Shown: positions 1-12,354, counted from the stretch's first letter. The stretch: 64,000 nt of DNA from Gekko japonicus (GCF_001447785.1 NW_015177038.1:363759-427758); one strand, 5' to 3'. Numbers and translations are program-made. The notes: generated by a model not told the origin, from the letters alone.

Positions 1-2
1 GC

Positions 3-520
3 CTAGTAGCTCAAGGCATCCTGGAACCCGTCTCCCACGCAGCGTGGGAGACTCCCATAGTCGTGGTGAACAAACCTAATGGGGCAGTCCGCATCTGCGC
101 GGACTATAAATGTACCTTGAACAAGGCGCTACAGGACCACGCATACCTGGTCCCGGTAGTTAGCCACGTTCTGGCCACCTTGGGCGGGGCGAAGATCTTC
201 GGCAAACTAGATCTCGCCCAAGCATATCAGCAGTTGCCAGTAGATGAGGCAACTGCGGAGGCACAAACGATCGTAACACACCAGGGGGCATTCCGTGTCA
301 AGCGATTGAGCTTCGGAGTGAGCGTGGCGCCCGGGCTGTTCCAGCAACTGATGGACTCTCTCCTTAAAGGGATCCCCGGCATCACACCATTCTTCGATAA
401 TGTGATGATCGCCGCCACCACGCCCGCTGACTTAGCTGATCGCCTCCGCGCCGTGCTCAGCCGTTTCCAGGACGTTGGGCTGAAACTGAAGCTGGACAAG
501 TGCCTAGTTGCGGTCCAGCA
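3..520 (+). mobile_element. Ty3/Gypsy LTR retrotransposon reverse transcriptase fragment (runs off the left edge, truncated at ~520)
   Basis: Frame open from 3: [36 protein letters not shown]...[13 protein letters not shown]...[13 protein letters not shown]...FFDNVMI; Gypsy RT motifs, catalytic YxDD position reads FFDN; GC-rich sequence ends abruptly. Confidence 0.9.
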
Positions 521-1372
521 GGAAATGACCCCTGGGTATCATCAAGAATAGTACAAGAAAGGAGGGGAATGGAAGGGGATATTGTTTCTACACGTCCCAC
601 TGTCTTCGGACAGTCTCTATTATACACTCATTTTCTTTTCCTTTTTCTCTATTAACAATAAGCTCCCTTGATGGGATGTCTTGAGCCATACAATAAAATC
701 ATGGTGCAAGTATCAATAACAATTACAAAATGATGATAAAATAAAATTATGCCACTAGTAAAAAACAGAAGATTATCATATTAATACTTAGTAGTAGAAT
801 GTCTCAGGGATATTATAATAGACAGTAATTTGGCCAGAGATCATATAACTGCAGGACTAATGTCAGACAACAAAAGGAAACTACCTGCAGTTCAATGGCA
901 AGTTGGTAGTTGCTCAAAATGGGGGAAATCCAAAGTTCTTGTAATGATGGCCATTGGTTATGGAACAAGAAAACATGATCCATGATCTCAATCATGCCAG
1001 GGGCACAATGACAGAGGAGTCCAGAGAATGGAGTATTAGCAAATTGCCCCTTGAAGTGCACAGCAGCTGCTAGAAACACTAATATATTTTAGTTATGGAG
1101 GGAGACTTGCAGGTGGGAGTATACACTTGTTTTGATTTTATTTACTGAATTTACTCAAATGTAAGACTAGATATTTTTTCCAGATAGGCTATCCAAAAAA
1201 AAAGAGGGGAGCCATCTTAAATTTGTATACAAATTACATAATTAGGGGGCCATCTTACATTAGAGTTGCCTTCCTTTTGAGTAAAAGTAATGTTTTTAGG
1301 CCACTTTTAAAAACTAACATATCCACAAGGAGGTTTATATATAAAATTATACAATGTAAATATATAATATTA

Positions 1373-1708
1373 GGAGCTGCGGTGGCTCAAGTGGTTAAGT
1401 CAGTGAACTGCAGGCTGGAAGGTTGGTAGTTCAGCAGTTCGAGACCTGAGTGCTGCATGCTGGAGTGAGCTCTCGTCTCTGGTTCCAGCTCCTGCCAAAC
1501 TAGCAGTTCAAAAGCAAGAAATTGCAAGTAGATAAATAGGAAGATAGGAAGGTAACAGCATTCTGTGTGCCTTGGTGTTTAGTCATACTGGCCACATGAC
1601 CACGGAAATGTCTTCGGACAGCACTGGCTCTTCGGCTTGGAAACAGAGATGAGCACCGCAACCCTAGAGTTGGATTCGACTAGCTTTCGAGCATGGGAAA
1701 CCTTTACT
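1373..1708 (+). mobile_element. Sauria-type SINE (tRNA-derived head)
   Basis: A-box-like ggtggctcaagtggttaag, body ctagcagttcaaaagca...gtagataaatagg, tail gggaaacctttac; related copy at 6216-6556. Confidence 0.8.
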
Positions 1709-4300
1709 ATATATAAAATGTTAAAATAATAACACAAGAACAGCCAAAAGGGGAAAAATCCAGTTAACACAGCTGATTATTGGTTTAACTAAGCCCATAA
1801 CCTTGCTGAAATGTAACAGTTGTCACCCATGTCTTTTGAGTGGCATCATTAAGGAAGTTAACTATGTCTCCTAGGAGAGAATTTCTCATCCATAGCTTTG
1901 GTGACACCGCTGGGGGAAAAAATCATGTTGCTTCCCAATGTACCTCAGAGGGGAACATTGTACCTGGTGAGGAGGATCAAAAGTCAATGAGTCTCATAGA
2001 AGACAAGGTGGTCTTTCAGATAACCTGGCCACAGACCAAGCCTGAAGTAAAATGAATAAAATGACTTGGATATGGATCATCCATAGTTTCTAAACATATT
2101 TTTAGAGCTACCTCACACAAAGCACAATGCAGTGATCTAGTTTATAGCTCACCAGGACATGTGAGAGCAAAATTTTCTTGTCAAGGATATGGTATAGTTG
2201 ATATACCAGCTTTAGCTGGTAAAAGCCACTACTGGTCACCACTAATACCATTTGAACATTCAAGTGCCACACCAGATTTAGGAATACACCCAAGATTTGG
2301 TCTCAGTGGAAGTCCAACCACTTTCAAGACAAGCTGAGCACTAATTCTAGATCAGTTGTGTCCCTAGTCATCAAAACTTCTTCCTGACCTGGATTAAGCC
2401 TTAACTTGTTTATTTCTATTTAGATATATAATTCATATTAGCACCTTCCTCAAATGAAAACACAAGATAACCAGACTTGGGTTTCTTTATTTACAATTAT
2501 TTACTGTCATTTACAATAGTAATCCAAATATGGGGTTCTTTGTGTGCCCCTGGTTCAATAAGACACACACAAACAAGGTTTCTTTTTTATTTAACAAAAC
2601 CAGCAGGAGCTTTATTAATAATAAAGGAGACCCCAGCAGAAAATAACCAAGAGGTCTGTCCAAAGCATCATGGTGTTAGTATGCAAATTACAACTTGTTG
2701 TTACTTGCCCTGAGCCCGCTTGCAGGATAGGGTGGGATATAAATTGCATAATAAATAAACTTTGATACCCTAATGATGAGAACACCACGTAAACAGTTTC
2801 CCACCCTTTGCTTCAGACTTCTCACAAGCTCTTATTGTTCCCTTATCTATCCCGTGTTTGCTAATAGATGTTACTGTGGTTTAAACTGTGGCCTTCAGAA
2901 TAACCACTACAAACAATGGCTTCACTTTTCCAGCATGTATCTACCTTACAAGCTTGTTTGTATTCTCACACACCTTCTAGTTAAGTTACCTGTCAACAAG
3001 CTAGCAGATAAGCTTTCCAGTTACAAAAACATAGGCCCAATCTAATTGTGCAGATCAAAAAATCAGCAATGGTGGTTACCCAGGGATAGGTTGTATCTTT
3101 CTGCAAATGGGATAACTGTCCTGGGGACAGAAGATCCTTAATAATAGTGAGTGAGCTCCATCATCCCAAGCATAAACAGCATCCCAAAACTATCTCCAAA
3201 CTATATAAATAGATAACCAACTGGTAATTGAAATTCAAAGGAAATAACTATGGACTAAGTCCACTGGTTCTTATAAAGTGCAATAAATGACTCCTGAGTA
3301 ACCACTAAATACATCCTTGACAAAGTCTGTTAAAGATAGAAGAATCAGTAATTAAGTTGGACTAACAACAGGTGTTTGTGTATCCTGGGAAAGGTGAATC
3401 CGCTCATAAGGATTAGGAATGATGTAGCTGAGGACAGACTGAATTCCATGAATTTACACAACATGAAGTCTTTAAAAAAATGTTTTCGGGAACTAAGAAT
3501 GAATTGATATTTATTGATACATTAGCTTTAATATTTTAGTGATAACCTGATTGAGTTGCTAGCTATTGTCAGGAGTTGATGGCATATTCTGTATTTTATA
3601 GTTGTTTTATAGGCATTTATTGCCCTTTATTAGTAACAGCTGAATGTTATACTTTGCAATACCCTCATATATAACTCTTTTGTAAATACATGGAGTGAAT
3701 GTGATCTACTTGGCATGACATGAACCATCAAGGATAGTTAAAAATCAGAAATAATAATGGATATCAGATTTGGACTTATACCAACAGGAGGGAATAAAAG
3801 AAACCAGACATCCTTATAGAAGGTATAATGCCTTATAGAAGGTATAATCCAAAAAGCTGCTCCAAATTGATTTTTACTTCTTCAAAGAGACGATGTTCAG
3901 GAATTAGCACATTTAAATGCTGATGAATTTTTCTGCATAATGTTAATTTTGAAGTTAGCCGACCAATAATATGGAATACATTTAAAGCTTACCTCAGAGG
4001 AATATTTATTTAAAGTGATTACAAAATCAAACCAACCAGCACATTGAAACAGATTTACCCATGGAAGACGTCAACAGCTATCAACTAGAGCATAATGATC
4101 TAAGAGGAATCAGCAAGTAGCGCAAGAAAATAGAAGTCATCCCGGGGTTCCATGTTGCACTATTTCAAATTTCCAGATCATCTTCAAGTCTTACAAAATA
4201 AGGTTGTAAAAGCATTGACTAGAATGGTAAAATAATCCCTGTTCAAAAAGAGGTGGAGCCTTAGATAAAATAAGCAGCATATACTAAGTTTTCCCTGAAA

Positions 4301-5288
4301 TCATTTTGGTACCTTCAGTTTCTTAAACAGCTTTCCTAATGCCGATAGCACATCCCGGTTCCTCAGGCTATATATGAAAGGATTCACTGTGGATGTGGCA
4401 ATCGTACACAATACAGAAAAAATCTGCACTTGTTCTCCTGGGTAAGAGGATAGCGGTTTTATGTGTCTCAATATGGCTGATCCATAGAAGATGGTTACCA
4501 CACACAGGTGGGACAAGCAAGTATCCAGCGCTTTGTGGCTTCTTGCAGCCAAAGGCTGTGCCTTCATGATCTGCAAAAGGATGGACATGTAGGAGGCCAC
4601 AATGACTGAAAAGGGAAAAAGAAGGAATAAATTGCCACCAAAGAATAGGGACACCTTTTCAAAGAAGGATGTATCTGAACATGACAACTTGACCACAATG
4701 GGAAATTCACACATGAAATGGTTCATCGTGTTTGTCCCACAGTAGGACAGAAGTAGTAAATAAATGGCTCTTATCAAGGCATATGGAAAAGATGTAACCC
4801 AGGCACCTGCTGACATGAATAAGCAGATGGTCTTCCTCATGAGAACAGGATATTGCAGGGGCCTGCAGATGGCTACATATCGATCATAGGACATGATAGC
4901 TAGAAGGAGACATTCTGCTCCTCCTATGTTGAGCATGAGAAATACCTGAGCAGCACATTGAAAAAGTGTGATAGTTTTTTTCTGTGTTACAAAGCCTACT
5001 GTTGTTTGAGGGACAATAACGAGGACTTGGCACATATCCATGAAGGACAGCTGGCTGAGGAAAAAGTACATTGGGGTCTGAAGAGCTGAGTCTAGCTGAA
5101 TTACCAGCAGGAGGGTCTAGATGAATTACCAGCAGGAGGAGACCATTTCCCACTAAAGCAATAACAAACATAAGGAAGATTGCAGCAAAAGCATAGGTGG
5201 CTATCTTTGTTTGGCTCAGAAACCCCAGGAGAACAAACTCAGTCCAGGATGTGGAATTCATTATTCCAATTTCTCCTCCATTTGACAT
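4301..5288 (-). pseudogene. OR-A, olfactory receptor (class II, OR2-like), frameshifted
   Basis: PMYFFLSQLS, MSYDRYVAICRPL, KALDTCLSHL, NPFIYSLRN motifs; N-terminus (4884..5288 ORF) and body (4301..5071 ORF) are in different frames because of a 25-bp tandem duplication at 5090-5139. Confidence 0.92.
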
Positions 5289-5959
5289 TCTTCAGTCTGA
5301 AAGGAGAATGAAATGATTTGAACAGAGATGTACATTAATTGTATACTTTCCCCCCCTCCATCCCTCCTTAAGCATTTCATTTTTATCACACCCTTTCTTC
5401 CAAGGAACTCAGGGGGCAAAAACAAACATAACAGCATACAAAGGTGACGGTCCAACTTGTAGATGCTGCCTCCATTTTACAGAGAGTTTAAAATGTTGTG
5501 AGGGCATAACAAAGGTGTGCTGCGGCCCTCTTGTTCCTTTCCCCAGGCCTTTTCAAGTGCCAAAATGGCCACAGACATGCATTCCTGAGGCTATTTTGCA
5601 CTTGAAAAGGTTGGGGGGGGGGAGCACCTCAGCCCTTTGCATTGTGGACCAACAGCAGCCCAACGCTTGGGAACCATCACGTCTAGTTTCCCCTCAGAGT
5701 TGCAGACAAGGTGCAAGTCATTGTATCCTCATAACAACCCTGTGGCAAAGATTAGGCTAAGAACAGCAATTACTCTCAGGTCATGCAAGGAGACGTGACC
5801 TGGATTCAAGTTTCCTCTGTCCAACACTCTTGTCTTTGAAATTACATGCCAAATTCACTGCTTAGCAGCTGGGGCAGAAGAATTGCAGGGGGAAAAGCAG
5901 TGGCTGAATCAACTATTGAACAGTCCACTTATCTTCTTCTTCCGTCTGCTAGAAATCAC

Positions 5960-6134
5960 TAGGTTTGCCAACCTCCAAGTGGCATCTGTAGATCTCCTGG
6001 AATTATAACTGCTTTAAAGGGTTGACCCTATTAAATTATACCCTGCTGAGGTCACTCCAATCCCTAAACCCTGCCTTCCCCAGGCTTCACCCTGAAATCT
6101 CCATGAATTTCCCAATCCAGAGCTGGCAACCCTA
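5960..6134. mobile_element. Non-autonomous hAT MITE (TIR tagggttgcca); paralogous copy at 16630-16801
   Basis: taggtttgcca...tggcaacccta with 8-bp TSD gaaatcac; present in both duplication units, so older than the duplication. Confidence 0.8.
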
Positions 6135-6215
6135 GAAATCACCCGCTTTACTTTTCTCTCTTATAGGAGTTCATAGGTTTAAAGGAATGGGTCCAGCCTT
6201 GTGCTCTTCTCAAAA

Positions 6216-6556
6216 AGGTAGAGGTAATGGTTTCCCTTGCTCGAAAGCCAGTCGAATCCGACTCTAGGGGGTGGTGCTCATCTCCGTTTCCAAGGCAAAG
6301 AGCCAGCATTGTCCAAAGATTTCTCTGTGGTCATCTGGCCGGCATGACTAAATGCCGAGGCACATGGAACACTTCCCACCAAAGTGGTGCCTATTTATCT
6401 ACTTGCAATTTCTTGCTTCCAAACTGCTAGGTTGGTAGGAGCTGGGGCCAGAGAAGGGAGCTCACTGCATCGCGGGGCTTAAGGGTCTCGAACTGCCAAG
6501 CTACAGCTCTTCCGGTCTGCAGTTCATCATCTTAACCTCTGAGCCACTGCGGCCCC
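6216..6556 (-). mobile_element. Sauria-type SINE
   Basis: Reverse complement similar to 1373-1708; empty site in the paralog at ~16880 (ctcttctcaaaacca). Confidence 0.85.
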
Positions 6557-6820
6557 TATTCTACTCAAAACCAGGCACCAAAACGTCTGGGCATAAGCTG
6601 ATGAAACTGCTCCTGCCAGCAGAGATGCCTTAAGCCTGGGCACGGGTATCTGTCTGTACTGATACTGGTGCTGGAATGATTCCGCAAAGCACAACCAGGG
6701 ATTGCATCTGATAATTTTATGTGGACCAGTTGTGTGTTTTATGGCAACGGCTGGTAGATCCAGACTGAGGATTTGGGAAGACTCACATATCTCTTTTCCC
6801 ATTAAAATTGGCTTTCTAAT

Positions 6821-8072
6821 AAGGGGGATTTGCATTACCCAATTGGCAATTATACTACTTTGCAGCTTCTATGGGTTGGATTAAGGAATGGGCTAAATTA
6901 GAGGATACAAGAACATTAGCTTTAGAGGGACATGATTTGGCAATGGGTTGGCACACATACTTATGGTATGGAACTTTCATACACATATAACTAGAAGTGC
7001 CCTTATAAAAGTGTGGAATTTAATAAAAATCAAGAACTACAATAGAATACCAATGTGGATTTCACCTATAGAGGCATTTGCAAAACCATAATTAATATTA
7101 GGGAAAACTAAAGAGACGTATGGTCAGTTACTAAACAAAGCAATGGAATTGAAAACGGATGAAACACTATTAAAACAAACTATAGAGCTTTCTTGGTGAG
7201 AAAAAAATGTATTGAAATCGAGATACACGGAAGATAAGAAAATAGGATTTTATAATAGCCCAACTGAACTCGATAAAATATGGCTTTCATCAAGTGATAA
7301 ATTAATTCAGAAAATGTATAAAAAATTGTTAGAAGACTTGTTAAAAGATGAGACTATAAAAACATCAATGACAGCTTGGATGAAGGAGATTGGGCACACA
7401 ATAGAGACAGATCACTGGTTAAAAACATGAAAAACGCTAAAATACATGAGAGTGACACCATACAAGGAAAATATATATAAAATGTTTTATAGGTGGCATT
7501 GGACCCCTGAAAAAATTGCAAAATGTTTCCCGAAGGCATCAAACATCTGTTGGAGATGTAGAAAAAATATAGGTTCATATCTCCACGTATGGTGGAGATG
7601 TGATAAAATTCAAATTTTCTGGGAAAAAATTATAAAATATTTTAGAAGTATTAAAAATTAATATGCCACTAATACCAGAAACATATTTACTAAATATGAT
7701 ACCAAAAACAATAAAATACCATACACATATAATTGTATATATACTGACAGCAGCTAGAATACTTATAGCAAAACGGTAGAAATCAAAAAGCATACCCTCT
7801 ATAAAAAAAATTAAGTATAAGATTCTGGAAGTAGCAGAAATGGAAAAATTAAATATAGTATTAAAAAATAAACCAGAGGAGCTATTTTGGGATAGATAGA
7901 TGGGAAATAATTTATGCCTGGCTAAAGATGGAGGAGATCAAACAGATCTGAAAATATGCTAGTTAAAGACAGATGATGTTTAAGAAGGAAGAAGAACTTT
8001 ATGTTATGTTATGAAATGTATAAGCTTTAAATGAAATTGTTTTGGCGAAAACTGAAATAAATTTATATTAAA
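6821..8072 (+). mobile_element. 5'-truncated L1 LINE (ORF2 C-terminal part), degenerate
   Basis: GGFALPNWQLYYFAA..., Cys-rich CWRCRKNIGSYLHVWWRC; aataaa plus A-tail; perfect 17-bp TSD aaaattggctttctaat (6804-6820 / 8073-8089); empty site in the paralog at ~17144-17160. Confidence 0.9.
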
Positions 8073-8678
8073 AAAATTGGCTTTCTAATGTGAAATAGTT
8101 AACAGAATTAGAATCAAATACGACAATAATAAGGAATGGTCTAGGTTGAATGGGGTGTATTAGAATGCCCTTTTAAGTGAGCAGGCTTCCAGAAACATTT
8201 CTTTCCTCTAACTGAAGGTTCCTCACTAAGTTGTTAATTAATTAATTGCTCACTAGAGAAAGGGATCCATTGGGTCCATTCCAACATCTCTTTGTGTGGG
8301 GTAAAAGCACAAAGCCTCTCATTCGATAGATCAGATAAAATGTCAATACTGAACCAGTGGACATGGTCAGACCAGCACAACTCTAAAGTAGATGCACCTC
8401 CATTGTCAGAATATGTTATTAGGCTGCAATGAATTTGGAGAAATGTTTTCAAGCAAATTCTCCCAGATCACTATTGAAAATTCAACCTGCCATAAAATAA
8501 AAAGGAACTAGAGTGATGTAAAATGATTGTATCGGATAAGGTAATGTTTATACCAAAACTTTTTGCACAGCAAGGCTATGCAGTGGTTCTTGAATGAATG
8601 GCTTGAAGTGGGTTTGCATAAGATTTAAACTTTGGAGGAAGTAAACTAAGAGCTTGAGAGAAATTTTAGAAGAAAGTA

Positions 8679-9220
8679 ACATACCTTTCCAAGAGAAATT
8701 TGCATTCATCGCTCCAGAAGAAATCCCATAGTTCTAGAACGGAAATTTTGGAACACACAATTAGAGACATGTGTTAGTCACAGCCCTCACATGTCTATCA
8801 AACACCCATTTCATGGAAAGGGGAAGGGCAGTACTGTTTTATTGCCCCTAGTGAAATGTATAATACTAGAATGCACTCTGCTCTCAGTGACAGAGGAAAA
8901 GGACACACTGAACTATACTGTTAATACCATCTACATTTAACAATAGGACTTCAAGAGAAGGAGCATCCTCAAGGAAGAGATGGTGTTTTTTTCCTTTCCT
9001 TGTTCAGAATTAAGAAGCTGAATAATATATAAAGGAGGGTGGGAGGTTTCAAATCCCCAAGGAAAATCTACAGTGCAAAAACAAACTCTGCTGCAGTCCA
9101 CAATGTTTCCCATGTGCCTTGTGTTGTACTGTTTTTGGTAACACTTGCTAATCATAGGGGAAACATTCTTAAACTAGATTAGTGAGTTGCTTGGAGAAAT
9201 CTTATAATGGGTATTTTATG
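8679..9220 (-). promoter_or_regulatory. Putative OR-A promoter and non-coding first exon
   Basis: Minus-strand donor AG|GTATGT at 8684; TATA-like tatata ~9025; O/E-like tccccaagga ~9054; TAAT cores; almost identical in the paralog (donor at 18684). Confidence 0.5.
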
Positions 9221-10595
9221 TAATTTCTATTGGGTTGAATAATCCATCAACAGAAAGCACTGGTGTTCATGGATCTTCCATGCAATAATTTCCGACCCAG
9301 TGAAAGTTGATTCCAGTGGTCACAACAAGACCACTGTAGTAGTTTCAATATGATTTCACAGGTTGCAGTAAGGAGGGGAGGGAGTGAAATCACACTTCCT
9401 ACTTTGTCTTTCAGCCCATCTGGCTTCTCTTCAGTGGAATAGCCCCACTAATGGAAGAGGGAGAAGAGAGTGTCTAGGATTCACCTGAAACTCTGTGGGC
9501 TTAACCACAGAGATCCAGGTAAATCCTAGAGCACCCTATGACACAGCTCCCAGTTATGTTATGTGTTATACATATTTGGATATGTGGATTTTGTTCTGTT
9601 GTCTCTTTGAGAAAGCTGAGAAGATATAGAATTAAAGGTCGACAGATCCGTCAGAGGCTACATTAGAACGTCCATAAATCACCCACAATTACTGGATTTG
9701 AAAAGAATGAAGGACATAAGGCCATTTACTACAGCACTAGCACTTTAATCTTGGAAAGAACACTAACAGGCACTTTCATTCATCATTAGAATGGACTGTT
9801 GTCAGTGATAATGAATTGTTTATTGTGATTAAGATATGTACTGTTGTAGAAACATATGCACTATAATAAGAAAGTATTGAAGTATTGAAGTTGCCATAGT
9901 TATAATTTCATGGTTCTTGTATTTTTCTGATGATACCTTGTTCCTGTGTATCTCTCTGGATTATACTTTCTGGCGCTGGGCTGGGAGGCACTGACAGCAT
10001 CAGGAGCAGCAGGGAGTTGTGGAAGGGGCAGATACTTCACACACATACACATACACCCCAAATCACCGCCGTAGGAGTCCGCTCTTCAAAATTGTGTTGT
10101 TAACTGCTGCTGTCTGGACTGTTTAGTGTCCTATGAGAGCCCCATGGACAGAGCAGAGGAAGGAGTCTTCAAGACCCCTGCTGATGACGTGCTGGGGATA
10201 GGGACATCCTCCTGAGAAGATGCCTCCATTTGGTGCTGAGGAACAGGGCCATCTGGTACATGGGAGGATGAGGGCTTCCTCCCCCCAGAAAACCACCCCT
10301 TCTACTTGCTCTCACCCTCATGGGGCTGAACCCTCAGACACCCAAAGCCCATTGCAGAGAGAGAGCCAGAAGATCCCAAAAGACGGGTGAGGTGAGTGGG
10401 GTGTGTGAATGCAAGCCTTCAGGTGATGCGCCCACCATCTATATCCCACTGCTCAGCATGAGCAGAGAGGATGTGTGGAATCAGAGACAATCCACAAACA
10501 CCCAAAGCCCCCAGCAGAGAGAGAGTCACAACTTAGCGTAGAACAGAAACTGAACACAGTAGAAGAAAAACAAAGCCCTAGGCGGGGTGTGGCAC

Positions 10596-10970
10596 TAGGG
10601 ATGCCAGGTCATATTGTCACACCAGTGGGGGGAGTTTGGGGGGGCATTCTGGGAGCGGGTGGTGACATTGTATCATGCACTGTCACCCGGAAGTAACATC
10701 ATCACGCCAGTGACATCATGGGCGACTCTCTGGTTTATGGGCAAAACTCTATGGTAAAACTGGCATCAAACCATAGAATTTTGCCCAATAACCAAAGTGT
10801 TGCCTCCAGCATCCCTGACATGATGATGTCACTTCTGGGTGTTGGGGATGTCGCGCAGCGACGTCACTGTTTGCGGGTAGGGTTTCCCCTGCCGGCCAGC
10901 TGGATAGCAGTGGGCAGAAGGCCCCAAAACTAGGGTATCCCCTACCTGGAACTGGGGAATGGCAACCCTA
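10596..10970. mobile_element. Non-autonomous hAT element (TIR tagggttgcca)
   Basis: tagggatgcca...tggcaacccta, perfect 8-bp TSD tgtggcac. Confidence 0.85.
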
Positions 10971-11131
10971 TGTGGCACACAGAGCTCTAGTGCAGCAAAC
11001 ACAGCACACTTCATCCCAGAGAGTTGATCAACAAAAGAAGGGGGGGGGGAGAAATGCAGGTCCTCTTCAGAGGAACCCACAAGCAAAGCTCCACCTCTCA
11101 ATGTGAGCAGAAAGGCTGGGTGCTGTGGCAC

Positions 11132-11745
11132 TGTAATGTATCCGGTTCTGACCACGTGTCCGCCTTGGGCTCCACGCGGTCAAGCGCAAACATAGAGTTT
11201 CACTCAGGGAAACAATGGACTAAGTGGATCCTAGCCCGCGCCTATCCGAGGGCTAGGTTCCCAGCCAAGAGCCTATGGAACTCTCGGCCACTGTAAATAA
11301 CCTATTGGGGTGGGGGGGTGTTCAGGGTGGTGGTTTCATGGGGAATATAAGCCGGCCTGCGAGCCGCACCAGGAAGACACCAGCACACTTAAAGGATGTG
11401 TGGATGTGTTGCAGACCAAGGGGGGAGGGGTGTAATGTATCCAGTTCCGACTGCGTGGCCGGTTTTGGCTCCACGCGGTCAAGCACAAACATCGAGCTTC
11501 TCTCAGGGAAACAATGGACTAAGTGGATCCTAGCCCGCGCTTATCCGAGGGTTAGGTTCCCGGCCGAGAGCCTATGGAACTCTCGGCCACTGTAAATAAC
11601 CTATTGGGATGTGGGTGTGTGGGTGTGTTCAGGGTGGTGGTTTCACGGGGAATATAAGCCGGCCTGCGAGCCGGCTAAAGTTGTCTTGTTTATCACTAAT
11701 AAAAGTACGTTAGCTGAAACCACTCGTCTGTCTGCGTACTTTTCA
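11132..11745 (+). mobile_element. Internally deleted Gypsy-type LTR element (partial 5' LTR, ~65 bp internal, PPT, 315-bp 3' LTR)
   Basis: TG...CA ends, 5-bp TSD ggcac (11127-11131 / 11746-11750), direct repeats starting at 11132 and 11431, purine tract at 11418-11430, TATA-like aatataa and aataaa in the LTR. Confidence 0.88.
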
Positions 11746-12017
11746 GGCACACATGGAGCTGAGAGCAATCTCCTGCCCAGCAAAGCCATGTGGTAATAAT
11801 CACAATTGCAATTCACTGATCCTCACCAACTTGCTGCAAAACTCCAACAAAGGAAGGTGGGGCTGTGCCCATGCTTATATAGTTTTCAGATCCCATACAG
11901 CCAAATGGGAGCTCGCTAATTGGCAGCCAGCAGTTCCTGTTCAGGTTTTTTAGGATTCCTATTGGTGTTCCAAGGCTGGGGAGAATTCCACCTTCACTGT
12001 TGCCTGATAGTTTGACC

Positions 12018-12330
12018 CAGGGCTCTAGTCGGGGGGGAGCTCTCAGGTACGGAGCTCCGGAAGAGAACCTCTAGGGGGCGGGGCGGTCACGTGGTGAAGC
12101 CCCGCCCCCTTCTTTACCCCGCCCTCTGCTTTGATCCTCATTCCGTTTGGGAATGAGGATGAAGCAGGAGGGTAAGTAGCCGGGCCTTCTGACACACTTC
12201 CGGTGATGTCAGGGGGTGTGGCCTTCTGTCACTTCCGGTGATGTCAGGGGGCGTGGCATATGCAAATAAGTTATGCTAATGAGTTATGCTAATGAGCTCC
12301 GGCAGCTCTTTTTCTACAACAAGACCCCTG
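12018..12330. mobile_element. Non-autonomous hAT element (caggg...ccctg) carrying atgctaatgag repeats
   Basis: Perfect 8-bp TSD gtttgacc; family members at 46044-46518 and 49751-50145. Confidence 0.85.
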
Positions 12331-12354
12331 GTTTGACCCATCGATCCCAGGTTT

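Larger units (their letters stand above)
3240..9475. repeat. Segmental duplication unit 1 (contains OR-A); paralogous to ~13215-19493
   Basis: Colinear similarity from caataaatgactc(c/a)tgagtaaccactaaatacatcc to ggaagagggagaagagagtgtct at ~10 kb offset. Confidence 0.95.
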
